DNA from: Bacteroidota bacterium
Lineage (GTDB): Bacteria; Bacteroidota; Bacteroidia; 2-12-FULL-35-15
Length of the DNA: 64,000 nucleotides
Assembly (NCBI GenBank): GCA_025963775.1
Contig: JAOQAD010000002.1
Span: 25,974 to 89,973 of the forward strand
Direction: 5' to 3'
In this document: piece after piece, positions 28,507 through 37,307 of the stretch
Position numbering within the stretch: position 1 is the stretch's first letter
Layout: every line of letters begins with the position of its first letter
Position numbers and translations under genes: made by a program
The notes under the pieces: generated by a model
Seen by the model: only the letters and a program-made list of their open reading frames with translations
What the model was told of the DNA's origin: nothing
The model's database searches: none

Positions 28507-30531
28507 TTATTTTTCACGGAACAGTTTTTCGAGGGCGAACATCTCATCGCGCAGGCGTGCCGCTTCCGCGAAGTTGAATTCTTTCGCCGCCACTTCCATT
28601 GCTTTGCGTGTTTTTGTGATGGCTTTCTGCAGTTCCTCCTTGCTCATGTACTGTACCACCGGGTCGGCAGCGTAATTGATCTGCTCATTTTCAACATACG
28701 GCCTTGCCAGCTCGCCTTTTGCATCCACCACAACGGTCGTTTGCCCAAGGATCGAAGCTCTTGTTTTATTGAGTGAAGTTGGAACGAGGTTATGTTCCAG
28801 GTTATAGGCGATCTGTTTTTTTCTCCTGCGTTCGGTCTCATCGATGGTTCGTCTCATTGAATCAGTGATCTTGTCTGCGTACATGATCACCCTTCCGTTG
28901 ATGTTACGCGCTGCACGTCCTGCAGTCTGCGTCAGTGCGCGATCCGAACGGAGGAAGCCTTCCTTGTCCGCATCGAGGATCGCAACGAGTGAAACCTCCG
29001 GAAGGTCAAGCCCTTCCCGCAACAGGTTGATCCCGATCAATACGTCAAATTTTCCCAGGCGGAGGTCACGCAGGATCTCCACACGCTCCAGCGTATCCAC
29101 ATCGGAGTGGATGTAGCGGCAGCGGATGCCGATGTTCAGCATGTATTTGTTCAACTCTTCAGCCATGCGTTTTGTCAGCGTGGTCACCAGTACGCGCTCA
29201 TCACGCTTGGCAACTTTTTCCACTTCTTCCAGCAGGTCATCAATCTGGTTGATGCTCGGCCGCACTTCTATGATCGGGTCCAGCAACCCTGTCGGGCGGA
29301 TCAGCTGCTCTGCTACAATTCCTTCCGAACGCTGCAATTCATATTCAGCCGGGGTTGCGCTCACATAGATCACCTGGTGGATCAGTGTTTCAAATTCATC
29401 GTATTTCAAAGGACGGTTGTCCATCGCGGCAGGAAGCCTGAACCCGTATTCCACAAGATTTTCCTTGCGGGAGCGGTCGCCGCCGTACATCGCGCGGATC
29501 TGCGGAATGGTCACATGGCTTTCATCGATCACCATTAAAAAATCATCCGGGAAATAATCGAGCAGGCAGAAAGGCCTTGAGCCGGGCAGGCGGCCGTCGA
29601 AGTAGCGTGAATAATTTTCGATGCCGGAGCAGTAGCCCAGTTCGCGCATCATCTCGAGATCGTATGTAACACGGTCTTCAAGGCGTTTTGCTTCAAGGTG
29701 TTTTCCGAGCTCCTTGAAATAATCCACCTGCTTCACCATGTCCTCCTGGATCTGCCAGATCGCGCCTTTCATGGTTTCCGGGCTGGTTACGAAAATGTTC
29801 GCCGGATAAATATTTACAGCATCGAGGCTGTCGATCTTTTTTCCTGTGTTCGTTTCAAAATATTCGATCTCTTCGATCTCATCATCAAAGAAGGTTACGC
29901 GCAATGAATGATCCGCGTAAGCGAGGTTGATATCCACCACATCGCCTTTCACACGGAAGTTCCCACGGAGAAAATCGCCGGTGGTCCTTGAATACAGGCC
30001 TTCCACAAGCCTGTGCAGGAATTTGTTCCTGCTGATGATCTCGCCTTTTTCAATATGAAGCACATTGCTCCTGAATGATGTAGGGTTCCCGATACCATAA
30101 ATGCAGGAAACGGAAGAAACCACGATCACATCCCGCCTGCCGGAAAGCAGGGCAGAAGTGGTGCTGAGGCGCAGCTTCTCGATCTCGTCATTGATCGCGA
30201 GGTCTTTTTCAATGTAGGTATTGGAGCTCGGAATGAAGGCTTCCGGCTGGTAATAATCGTAATAGCTGACAAAATATTCCACGGAATTCTGCGGGAAGAA
30301 CTGCTTGAACTCCCCGTACAGCTGGGCTGCCAGCGTTTTGTTGTGACTGAGGATCAGTGTTGGTTTTCCTGTCTGCTGGATCACGTTGGCAATGGAAAAT
30401 GTTTTTCCGGAGCCTGTTACCCCCAGTAAGGTTTGGGCAGGCAGGTCCTGGTTAACGCCTTCCACCAGCTGTTTGATGGCTGAGGGCTGATCGCCGGTTG
30501 GCTGAAAGTCTGATATGATTTTGAATTCCAT
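28507..30531 (-). CDS. uvrB: Excinuclease ABC subunit B
   Basis: PTGDQP, GVTGSGKT, YYDYYQPEA, DESH, C-terminal UVR domain. Confidence 0.98.
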   Translation of the reverse strand: MEFKIISDFQPTGDQPSAIKQLVEGVNQDLPAQTLLGVTGSGKTFSIANVIQQTGKPTLILSHNKTLAAQLYGEFKQFFPQNSVEYFVSYYDYYQPEAFIPSSNTYIEKDLAINDEIEKLRLSTTSALLSGRRDVIVVSSVSCIYGIGNPTSFRSNVLHIEKGEIISRNKFLHRLVEGLYSRTTGDFLRGNFRVKGDVVDINLAYADHSLRVTFFDDEIEEIEYFETNTGKKIDSLDAVNIYPANIFVTSPETMKGAIWQIQEDMVKQVDYFKELGKHLEAKRLEDRVTYDLEMMRELGYCSGIENYSRYFDGRLPGSRPFCLLDYFPDDFLMVIDESHVTIPQIRAMYGGDRSRKENLVEYGFRLPAAMDNRPLKYDEFETLIHQVIYVSATPAEYELQRSEGIVAEQLIRPTGLLDPIIEVRPSINQIDDLLEEVEKVAKRDERVLVTTLTKRMAEELNKYMLNIGIRCRYIHSDVDTLERVEILRDLRLGKFDVLIGINLLREGLDLPEVSLVAILDADKEGFLRSDRALTQTAGRAARNINGRVIMYADKITDSMRRTIDETERRRKKQIAYNLEHNLVPTSLNKTRASILGQTTVVVDAKGELARPYVENEQINYAADPVVQYMSKEELQKAITKTRKAMEVAAKEFNFAEAARLRDEMFALEKLFREK

Positions 30532-30538
30532 TCGGCTG

Positions 30539-30546
30539 CAAAGATA
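30539..30546 (-). promoter_or_regulatory. -7 box TATCTTTG for uvrB
   Basis: Exact match, only 7 nt upstream of the ATG. Confidence 0.65.
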
Positions 30547-30586
30547 CCGATTTTAGGCGGAAAGAGCGAGCGGTGACGAAAAAAAA

Positions 30587-31246
30587 TCAGCTGAGAATAT
30601 CAAAACGGAGGAACAGAAAATAAGACATGCTGCTGTAGTTGGCATTTTTACCGATGTTGCGGGAAACATTATAAGCAAGCCGGTAATTTGTACCCAGCCC
30701 GATGTAGGCATTCTGTTCCTGGCGCTTGCTGTTCAACCGGAAAACAAAGTTTAATCCGGGCGCAAAAATATAAAAGTCATTCCCGTTAACAAATGCCGGA
30801 ATAGCAAAAGAATCCTGCTTCCATACAAGCGGAAGGTTCGTTTTTAAAGGGATCTCCATTCTCAGTCGTTCCTGCAGCACCACTCCGAACATCATTTCAA
30901 AGTTGAGGAACACACAATTGCGAAAAGCTTCGGGGGCAGGAAGGGAATCCAGAGGGTGGTCAATCTTATGAAGTGCGAAATCCACACCGCAATGCCCGCC
31001 TATCATCAAGCGGCGGCCCGTGCCCTGCAATCCAAGCCCGGATGTACCGCCATGAAAATAATTTCCAAGCATGTTGAAACTGGAATAGCCCACATCAAAG
31101 TACCAGGATTCGTATTCCCTTTTATTGGCTTGGTAAAGCAGGCTTTTCGGAACTGAACCTGGATGTAAATTCTCCAATGGACGGAAGTTGCCGCCAAAAG
31201 ATGAGAAGGAGGAAAATATCAAAACAGAGAAGAGTAGCGTTCTCAT
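30587..31246 (-). CDS. Hypothetical secreted / outer-membrane beta-barrel-like protein
   Basis: Signal peptide; amphipathic aromatic-rich strands. Confidence 0.6.
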   Translation of the reverse strand: MRTLLFSVLIFSSFSSFGGNFRPLENLHPGSVPKSLLYQANKREYESWYFDVGYSSFNMLGNYFHGGTSGLGLQGTGRRLMIGGHCGVDFALHKIDHPLDSLPAPEAFRNCVFLNFEMMFGVVLQERLRMEIPLKTNLPLVWKQDSFAIPAFVNGNDFYIFAPGLNFVFRLNSKRQEQNAYIGLGTNYRLAYNVSRNIGKNANYSSMSYFLFLRFDILS

Positions 31247-31289
31247 GTTGCTTGTTCCGGATTGATCTGTTTGATAAATCTACGAAATT

Positions 31290-32054
31290 TTATTTGTTCC
31301 AGGTCCTCCAGGCTTCTTCTGCCTGTTGTTTCAGCATCGACAGCCCGTTTACAACAGAGGCGCCCTGCGCTTTTCCGCGTTTCATAAATTCTGTTTCGGC
31401 CGGATTGTAAACAAGGTCATATAATAAATGGGATGCGGCAATGTATTGATAAGGAATTTCCGGTGCTGCATGTACATCCGGGAACATTCCTACCGGTGTT
31501 GTATTTACAATAAGTTTGAATGCACGGATGATGTATTCGTTCAGCTCATCATACGAAAATACCTTTTCGCTTTTCGCGGAAGATTTATCCCTCGTCACAA
31601 AATAACAATCGATCCCGATCTCTTTCAGCACATGATGCACCGCTTTGGAAGCACCGCCGGTGCCAAGGATCAAAGCCCGCTCATGCTGCGTTTCAAGAAA
31701 AGGCTTGATGGATTGCCGGAAGCCATACACATCCGTATTGTAGCCTGTTAAGTGGGAAGGCTGGAGGCCGGAGGCTGCTGAGATTTTAATACAGTTGACG
31801 GCTCCAACAGCTTTTGCCGTTTCATCGAGTTCGTCCAGGTACGGGATCACGCTTTCTTTGTAAGGGATGGTTACATTCAGCCCACAGAGCCCGGGATTAT
31901 CCTTTATGAGCTGCGGAAGCTGGCTGATGTCAGTGATCGGGTACAATTCATATTCGCAATCTGTCCTGTTCTCTTTTTCAAACTTTTCAGTGAAGTATGC
32001 TTTGGAAAAGGAGTGGGAGAGAGGATAGCCGATGAGTCCGTATTTTTTCTGCAT
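31290..32054 (-). CDS. aroE: Shikimate dehydrogenase
   Basis: HSFS, NVTIPYK, GAVN, NTD, GTGGA, DLVYNP. Confidence 0.95.
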   Translation of the reverse strand: MQKKYGLIGYPLSHSFSKAYFTEKFEKENRTDCEYELYPITDISQLPQLIKDNPGLCGLNVTIPYKESVIPYLDELDETAKAVGAVNCIKISAASGLQPSHLTGYNTDVYGFRQSIKPFLETQHERALILGTGGASKAVHHVLKEIGIDCYFVTRDKSSAKSEKVFSYDELNEYIIRAFKLIVNTTPVGMFPDVHAAPEIPYQYIAASHLLYDLVYNPAETEFMKRGKAQGASVVNGLSMLKQQAEEAWRTWNK

Positions 32055-32057
32055 GTT

Positions 32058-33203
32058 TTATTTACTGTAAGGGCGGTTAAAGAACTGCTTTTTAAACCAT
32101 AATTCAAAAGCGGGATCAAGAAATTCGTATTCGCCGTTCATCTCGTGGATAAGGTCGCTGTTGATGAGGATCTGTTTGTTCTTGCTGACATTCCGCGGGG
32201 TACCCAATTGATAATCCTGCATCACCGCAGTGCTGGTAAATTTCGTTTCTTCTTTTGCAACGGCCTTTAATAAGTTGATCTGCGTGTTGCTCAGGTTTTC
32301 CACTTCGTTCTGGTACAAAGGCGTGTTCGCCTGGATCAGCTCCTTCAGTGCTGCTTCTATTTCTGCATTCCCGGCCTTTCTTTGTGTAAGGTTCCATGTG
32401 TAATGCGCCAGCTGCTGCACATACCAGGAGTGGTTCTTCATCAGCTGCGGAATGCGCGCTGCAACCTCTTCCGGGATCTGCTTCCCCGAGCTGCCGAAGC
32501 TTTTGCAGATGAAGCTGATCCATTTTGCTGTATCGATCTTCTGCAATAAAAGAATGTCGCCGAAGCGGTAAAAAGGCTTGGACACGTTGTTGAAAATGTC
32601 CGTCATCATGTGGCGCTTGCTGCCGTACAGGCAATAGGTAACGGAATGATGGCGCTGCCAGCAGGCGCGCATCTTCTTTTCAAAATCGGTGTAGGAAGAG
32701 AAGTTGGAGATGTTCTGGAACTCATCGAGGCAGATGATGAAGCGGATGCCTTTCTTCTTCGCAATGGATTCGGGAAGGTCGAGCACTTCCTGGCTGTGTT
32801 TTTTAAGCTCCTTCCAGTCGAAGCTCAGGCTGAAATCCGTTTCTTCAAAGCCCATGCTGAATTTTGGTACCAGCTTTTTGAAAAATTCCTTTCCTGTATT
32901 GATCCATTCCTGCCACCTGGTGGAGGAGGCTTTGAGGACTTCCCTTGCAAATAATTCAAGGAATTCCTCTTCGCTGCTCACCGAAAAAAGGTCGATGATC
33001 ACGGTTTTTGTCTTCTTTTCCTTTTTGCCGATCTCGCGGATCACCTTTTCCACGAGCGATGATTTACCCCAGCGGCGCGGGGAAATGATCATGGTGTTGA
33101 TACCGTTGAGCAGGTTGCTCTTCAGCTTTTCTGTTTCCTTTTCCCTGTTGGTGAAGGAATGTGTGCTGACCGTGGTACCGTAAATAAATGGAGAGTCTTT
33201 CAT
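32058..33203 (-). CDS. AAA+ (archaeal-ATPase-like) protein with probable C-terminal winged helix
   Basis: Walker A SPRRWGKSS, Walker B ICLDEFQ, GS motif, C-terminal ...DPAFELWF. Confidence 0.85.
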   Translation of the reverse strand: MKDSPFIYGTTVSTHSFTNREKETEKLKSNLLNGINTMIISPRRWGKSSLVEKVIREIGKKEKKTKTVIIDLFSVSSEEEFLELFAREVLKASSTRWQEWINTGKEFFKKLVPKFSMGFEETDFSLSFDWKELKKHSQEVLDLPESIAKKKGIRFIICLDEFQNISNFSSYTDFEKKMRACWQRHHSVTYCLYGSKRHMMTDIFNNVSKPFYRFGDILLLQKIDTAKWISFICKSFGSSGKQIPEEVAARIPQLMKNHSWYVQQLAHYTWNLTQRKAGNAEIEAALKELIQANTPLYQNEVENLSNTQINLLKAVAKEETKFTSTAVMQDYQLGTPRNVSKNKQILINSDLIHEMNGEYEFLDPAFELWFKKQFFNRPYSK

Positions 33204-33213
33204 GTATAAATTT

Positions 33214-33258
33214 TATACTTAATGGTATTATACCACATGGTATAATACCCAAAGGTAT
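33214..33258. promoter_or_regulatory. Three tandem 15-bp palindromic operator-like sites
   Basis: TATACTTAATGGTAT / TATACCACATGGTAT / AATACCCAAAGGTAT, 10 bp upstream of the ATPase start. Confidence 0.7.
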
Positions 33259-33288
33259 AAAATATTTCGATTCCTTAAAAAAACAATT

Positions 33289-33696
33289 TTACAATTCCCG
33301 GAGCAGGCGCTGGATCAGCTCTGTTTTAAAATGCCGGTTGATGGAATAGTTGACCTCTGTTTCGGTCACGGCCTGGTAAATCGACAATGCTCCTGTATAC
33401 TTTGAAGCAGCGGCGGGACTGTGCTCCGCGCTTTCAAACAGCAGGTCTGCGATCAGTTCGAGCTGTACATTACTGAGCTTTTTCTCAGCTACAAGAAAGG
33501 GAAGGAGTTTGTTTGCCGGAAGGGCAGTAAGCATTTCAAGGTCAATGCCGAGCTCCGTCCTTAGGGTTTGATTGGTCACGTTCACAGCATCGTTCAGCTG
33601 GCCTTTTGATTTCAGTCCCAGCAGGTCGGACACAGCCTTTGCCAGCACCTTGCCCAGTTTGTCGATCTCTTTCTTTATGTAATCTTCCTGTGGCAT
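33289..33696 (-). CDS. Small helical hypothetical protein (DUF6483-like)
   Basis: EDYIKKEIDKLGKVL N-terminus. Confidence 0.7.
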   Translation of the reverse strand: MPQEDYIKKEIDKLGKVLAKAVSDLLGLKSKGQLNDAVNVTNQTLRTELGIDLEMLTALPANKLLPFLVAEKKLSNVQLELIADLLFESAEHSPAAASKYTGALSIYQAVTETEVNYSINRHFKTELIQRLLREL

Positions 33697-33717
33697 GTGC
33701 AAAAATTTAAGGAATGA

Positions 33718-34377
33718 TCAGGCTTTTGTTTTCCTCGATCTCCATACGCCAATAATGATCGGCAGCACGGAGATAAAGATGATCAGCAGGCAAACGAGGT
33801 CGATGTGCTCACGGATGAGGTCCACTTCGCCCAGCAGGTAGCCTGCAGTGGTAAGGCTGCAGATCCAGAGGATGCCGCCGAAGATATCATAGGGAAGAAA
33901 TTTTTTGTAGCTCATTTCGCCAACTCCCGCGGCAAAAGGAGCAAAGGTCCTTACAAACGGGACAAAGCGCGCCATGATGATAGCTTTGGTGCCATGCTTT
34001 GCATAAAATTCATGGGTTTTGTCGAGGTATTCTTTTTTTACCAGGGGCTTTCCGCGGAAGCGCAGGTTGAAGATCTTCAGCCCGATCTTTCTCCCGATCC
34101 AGTAATTGCAGTTATCGCCGGCAATTGCCGCGATGCTGAGCAGGACAAAAAGATACCAGATGTTCAGGTGCCCGATGTCGGAATGAATAAGCTGGTTGCC
34201 CGGGTTGGCGATGAGCCCGGCAGTGAACAATAAGGAATCTCCCGGGAGGAAAGGCATGGCCACAAGGCCCGTTTCAATGAAAATAACAATGAACAGCACA
34301 ATGTAAATGGCTGTGCCGTAGCTGGCGATGAGCCATTCGAAATCCCTCTCGAAAATATGCCTGAAAAGTTCTACCAT
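33718..34377 (-). CDS. dedA: DedA/VTT family membrane protein
   Basis: ETGL..PFLPGDSLLF, GD...YWIG, ARFVPFVRTF. Confidence 0.95.
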   Translation of the reverse strand: MVELFRHIFERDFEWLIASYGTAIYIVLFIVIFIETGLVAMPFLPGDSLLFTAGLIANPGNQLIHSDIGHLNIWYLFVLLSIAAIAGDNCNYWIGRKIGLKIFNLRFRGKPLVKKEYLDKTHEFYAKHGTKAIIMARFVPFVRTFAPFAAGVGEMSYKKFLPYDIFGGILWICSLTTAGYLLGEVDLIREHIDLVCLLIIFISVLPIIIGVWRSRKTKA

Positions 34378-34380
34378 AAA

Positions 34381-34418
34381 ATTGGTAAATTAGGAATTAG
34401 GTGATTGGTAAATTAGGT
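34381..34418. repeat. Short-period intergenic tandem repeat
   Basis: ATTGGTAAATTAGG...ATTGGTAAATTAGG. Confidence 0.6.
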
Positions 34419-34431
34419 ACTTATCAGCGTA

Positions 34432-34746
34432 CTAATACTTTGTAAGCGAAGGGTCGATCTCGTTCGCCCAGGCAATGATGCCTCCTTTTAAGTTATAAAC
34501 GTTGTTATAGCCCTGTGTTTCCAGCGCCTGGCAGATCGCGCCGGAACGGGCGCCGCTGCGGCAGTGGATCACCACTTGTTTGTCCTTTGAGATCTTGCCC
34601 AGGTTGTCCATCACATCTCCCATCGGGATGTGCTCCCCGCCGATCTCACTGATCTCCAGCTCATGTGTTTCACGGACATCGATCAATTGAAAATCCGCTT
34701 TTTCATCTTTCATTTTTTTTAACTCGGATACGGTTACTTCTTTCAT
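34432..34746 (-). CDS. Single-domain rhodanese
   Basis: IDVRE, HCRSGARS, LKGGIIAW. Confidence 0.93.
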   Translation of the reverse strand: MKEVTVSELKKMKDEKADFQLIDVRETHELEISEIGGEHIPMGDVMDNLGKISKDKQVVIHCRSGARSGAICQALETQGYNNVYNLKGGIIAWANEIDPSLTKY

Positions 34747-34754
34747 ATTACCTG

Positions 34755-34890
34755 CTAATTACTAATTTATACGAATTTACTAATTACGAATCTGTGTGCG
34801 GGTCATTTCGAGCGGAGTCGAGAAAGTGCGTGGGACTATTAGTTTTAACCGTCTACAAACTCCTGACTACAAACTACAAACTACAAACTA
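34755..34890. repeat. Mixed repeat patch
   Basis: TAC(G/T)AAT units at about 34755-34791; GGTCATTTCGAGCGGAGTCGAGAA at 34801-34824; 7-bp period (CTACAAA)n at 34853-34890. Confidence 0.7.
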
Positions 34891-35676
34891 TTACCCTTCC
34901 TGTTTCTGCTTCAACTCCGCCGGCAAATAGCTGAAGAATGTATCGCCGCGAAGGCCCAAACGAAGCGTTTCCAGCGGGATAACGTCATCATAGGCAATGT
35001 TCCCGAGGTTGGCATTTGCCCCCAGCAATTTGAGGAACCATACCTGCTGTGATTTCTGCGGTGCTTCCCAGAGGATATCATCTTTCTTCACTTTTGCGAG
35101 GATCTTGTTGATCAGCAAGGTGTGTGCATTTCCGTTTGCACGGTAAATACCAACGTTGCCGCTTTCACGCGCTTCCGCGATCACTTTCCAGGAGCCGGCC
35201 TGCAGCTCCTTGTTCATCATGGAAACCCACATGGCAGGGTGAATGATCAAGCCTGCTTCCTTCGAGCCCACTTCGGAAAGTACTGTGAAGTTCTTGGAAA
35301 GTTTATTGATGTACTCGCATTTCTTATCATGAGGCATTACGATGGAACCATCGGAAACCTCGGCGCAATCCAGCTTTAAGCGATCGATCAGCTTCATGTA
35401 ATCATCGAACATGTTGCGCACGATGAATGCCTCGAACAAAGTACCTCCAAGGTAGATCTTCATTCCCGCTTCCTTATACAATTTTATTTTATCTTCCAGT
35501 CCTTTGGTGAGATAAGAAGTCCCGAATCCAAGCTTGATGATATCCGTGTAATCGCTGTTGGCTGAAATAAAATCCTCCGCCTGGCGAATGCTTAATCCTT
35601 TATCCATCATCATGGTAAGTCCACTGTTCCGTGGTTTTGCCGGGCGCTCAGGAATATGAGGTAATGTGTAATTCAT
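34891..35676 (-). CDS. comA: Phosphosulfolactate synthase (ComA family)
   Basis: KPR..GLTM.MDKG, KLGFGT, GGTLFE, EVSDG, SEVGSK, EARESG, WEAP, LETLRLGLRGDT. Confidence 0.92.
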   Translation of the reverse strand: MNYTLPHIPERPAKPRNSGLTMMMDKGLSIRQAEDFISANSDYTDIIKLGFGTSYLTKGLEDKIKLYKEAGMKIYLGGTLFEAFIVRNMFDDYMKLIDRLKLDCAEVSDGSIVMPHDKKCEYINKLSKNFTVLSEVGSKEAGLIIHPAMWVSMMNKELQAGSWKVIAEARESGNVGIYRANGNAHTLLINKILAKVKKDDILWEAPQKSQQVWFLKLLGANANLGNIAYDDVIPLETLRLGLRGDTFFSYLPAELKQKQEG

Positions 35677-35677
35677 A

Positions 35678-37090
35678 CTATTTTTTATAGGATTCAATTA
35701 AGTCTGTGATACTTGCGTTCCCTTTGAGGTCGGGAAGATACTCAAATAATTCATTGTGCTTTTCATAATCCAGGGCAAGCGCTCCCTGCAAAAAGCTGAG
35801 GGCTTCCTGTTTCTGCCCGATGCTCATCAGGCAGGCAGCTATGCGGTATTGCAGCGCTGCATTCTGAGGATGGTGTTTGATACCTTCCGCCAACACTTCC
35901 AGCGAGCCGTTCTTATTTTCCTGCTCAAATAAAAGATTGGCATAATCCAGCCAGATCTCCGCATTGGTAGGATCAAGGTCGATCACTTTTTTGAAGGATT
36001 CTTCCGCATCCTCGTAAAACTGCATTTTTTGCTGCAGCTCGCCGTAGATGTACCAGAATTCGGCATTTTCCTTTTCCAGCTCAAGCGCTTTCTTCACATA
36101 GTGCATGCCTTCATGCGTTTTTTCCTGCGCATCCAGCACAATGCCGATCCCCAGCCATGCATCCGATAGTTGTGAATTCAGCTTGATGGCCTTGTTATAA
36201 TAGATCAGGGCGTGGTCGTAATCTTCCTTTTTCTCATAACATTCGCCGATGTAGTAAAAAGTGATCGCATCCGGCTCTTCCACTTTCAGCGTTTCCTTGT
36301 ACACGTCAATGGCTTCATCGAGGCGGTTCAGGTTGGCAAGGGAATTCGCCTTGTTAAAATATGCCGAAGCGAAATCCTCCTGGATCGCAATGGCATAATC
36401 GTAAGCATCGATGGCTTTTTCAAACAGCCCGAGGCGGTTGTAGGCCACCCCGAGGTTGAACCAGGCTGTGGCAGTGTAGGGGTGTTTATCGGTGAAATCG
36501 GTATAGTATTTTACGCTTTCTTCCGATTGTCCGTTCAGCTCGTAGCAAAAGGCGAGCTCATATAGCGCCGCTTCATTCTCCGGGTTTGCCGCAATTGCTT
36601 TCTTCAGGTAATAAATGGCATCGTCGAATTTGGCGGTGTTCTCAAATTCAAAGGCCATGGCGAGATAGATCTCATCCAGCTCTTCCGCATTATCCGCAGC
36701 TTTCTTGTAATTTTCGATCGCCTGCTCGGTAAGTCCCATCTGGCTGTAGATGCTTCCTTTGGTCATGTAAAGCTCCGGGTTGGAAGGCTCCATGCTTTCA
36801 ACAAAGGAAAGGATCTCGAGGGCTTTCTGGCTTTGGTTGGATGCCGCCAGGATCTGTGCCTTGCGCAGGAAAAACACGGTGGAGAAGGGGTATTGCCCGA
36901 TCGCGTATTCAATTACCTGTAAGGACTTCTTGGGATTGTTCTTGTCGATATAATAATCAATAATGTCTTCAAATTCTTCCGAATCAAAAAAATACTGCTT
37001 GTCATTCTGGATCATCTCCTCAAAGCGGTCCACCAGCAGGAGGATGTGTTGTGCTCCTTTATGTTCATTTTCCCCGAATTCTTCGCTCAT
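35678..37090 (-). CDS. TPR protein
   Basis: Many tandem TPR units; N-terminal YFFDSEEFEDII. Confidence 0.9.
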   Translation of the reverse strand: MSEEFGENEHKGAQHILLLVDRFEEMIQNDKQYFFDSEEFEDIIDYYIDKNNPKKSLQVIEYAIGQYPFSTVFFLRKAQILAASNQSQKALEILSFVESMEPSNPELYMTKGSIYSQMGLTEQAIENYKKAADNAEELDEIYLAMAFEFENTAKFDDAIYYLKKAIAANPENEAALYELAFCYELNGQSEESVKYYTDFTDKHPYTATAWFNLGVAYNRLGLFEKAIDAYDYAIAIQEDFASAYFNKANSLANLNRLDEAIDVYKETLKVEEPDAITFYYIGECYEKKEDYDHALIYYNKAIKLNSQLSDAWLGIGIVLDAQEKTHEGMHYVKKALELEKENAEFWYIYGELQQKMQFYEDAEESFKKVIDLDPTNAEIWLDYANLLFEQENKNGSLEVLAEGIKHHPQNAALQYRIAACLMSIGQKQEALSFLQGALALDYEKHNELFEYLPDLKGNASITDLIESYKK

Positions 37091-37255
37091 CTCTCTTGGA
37101 TTTAGTTACAACAAAACAACAATCCAGCTGATAAATTGTTGCTTTTCAAATTTTAGCGAAAGTAATAAAAATTGAACTATAAATCCCATATTATTTTTAA
37201 CAGCATTTGGTTGATTGTTTCATCCCGATTTTTACGGAATAAGCCCCGGAAATCG

Positions 37256-37263
37256 TATCTTTG
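37256..37263 (+). promoter_or_regulatory. -7 box TATCTTTG for glmM
   Basis: Exact match. Confidence 0.65.
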
Positions 37264-37307
37264 TACCCTTAAAATTGGAAACTTAATACAGGAGGAAAGA
37301 AAGAAGT

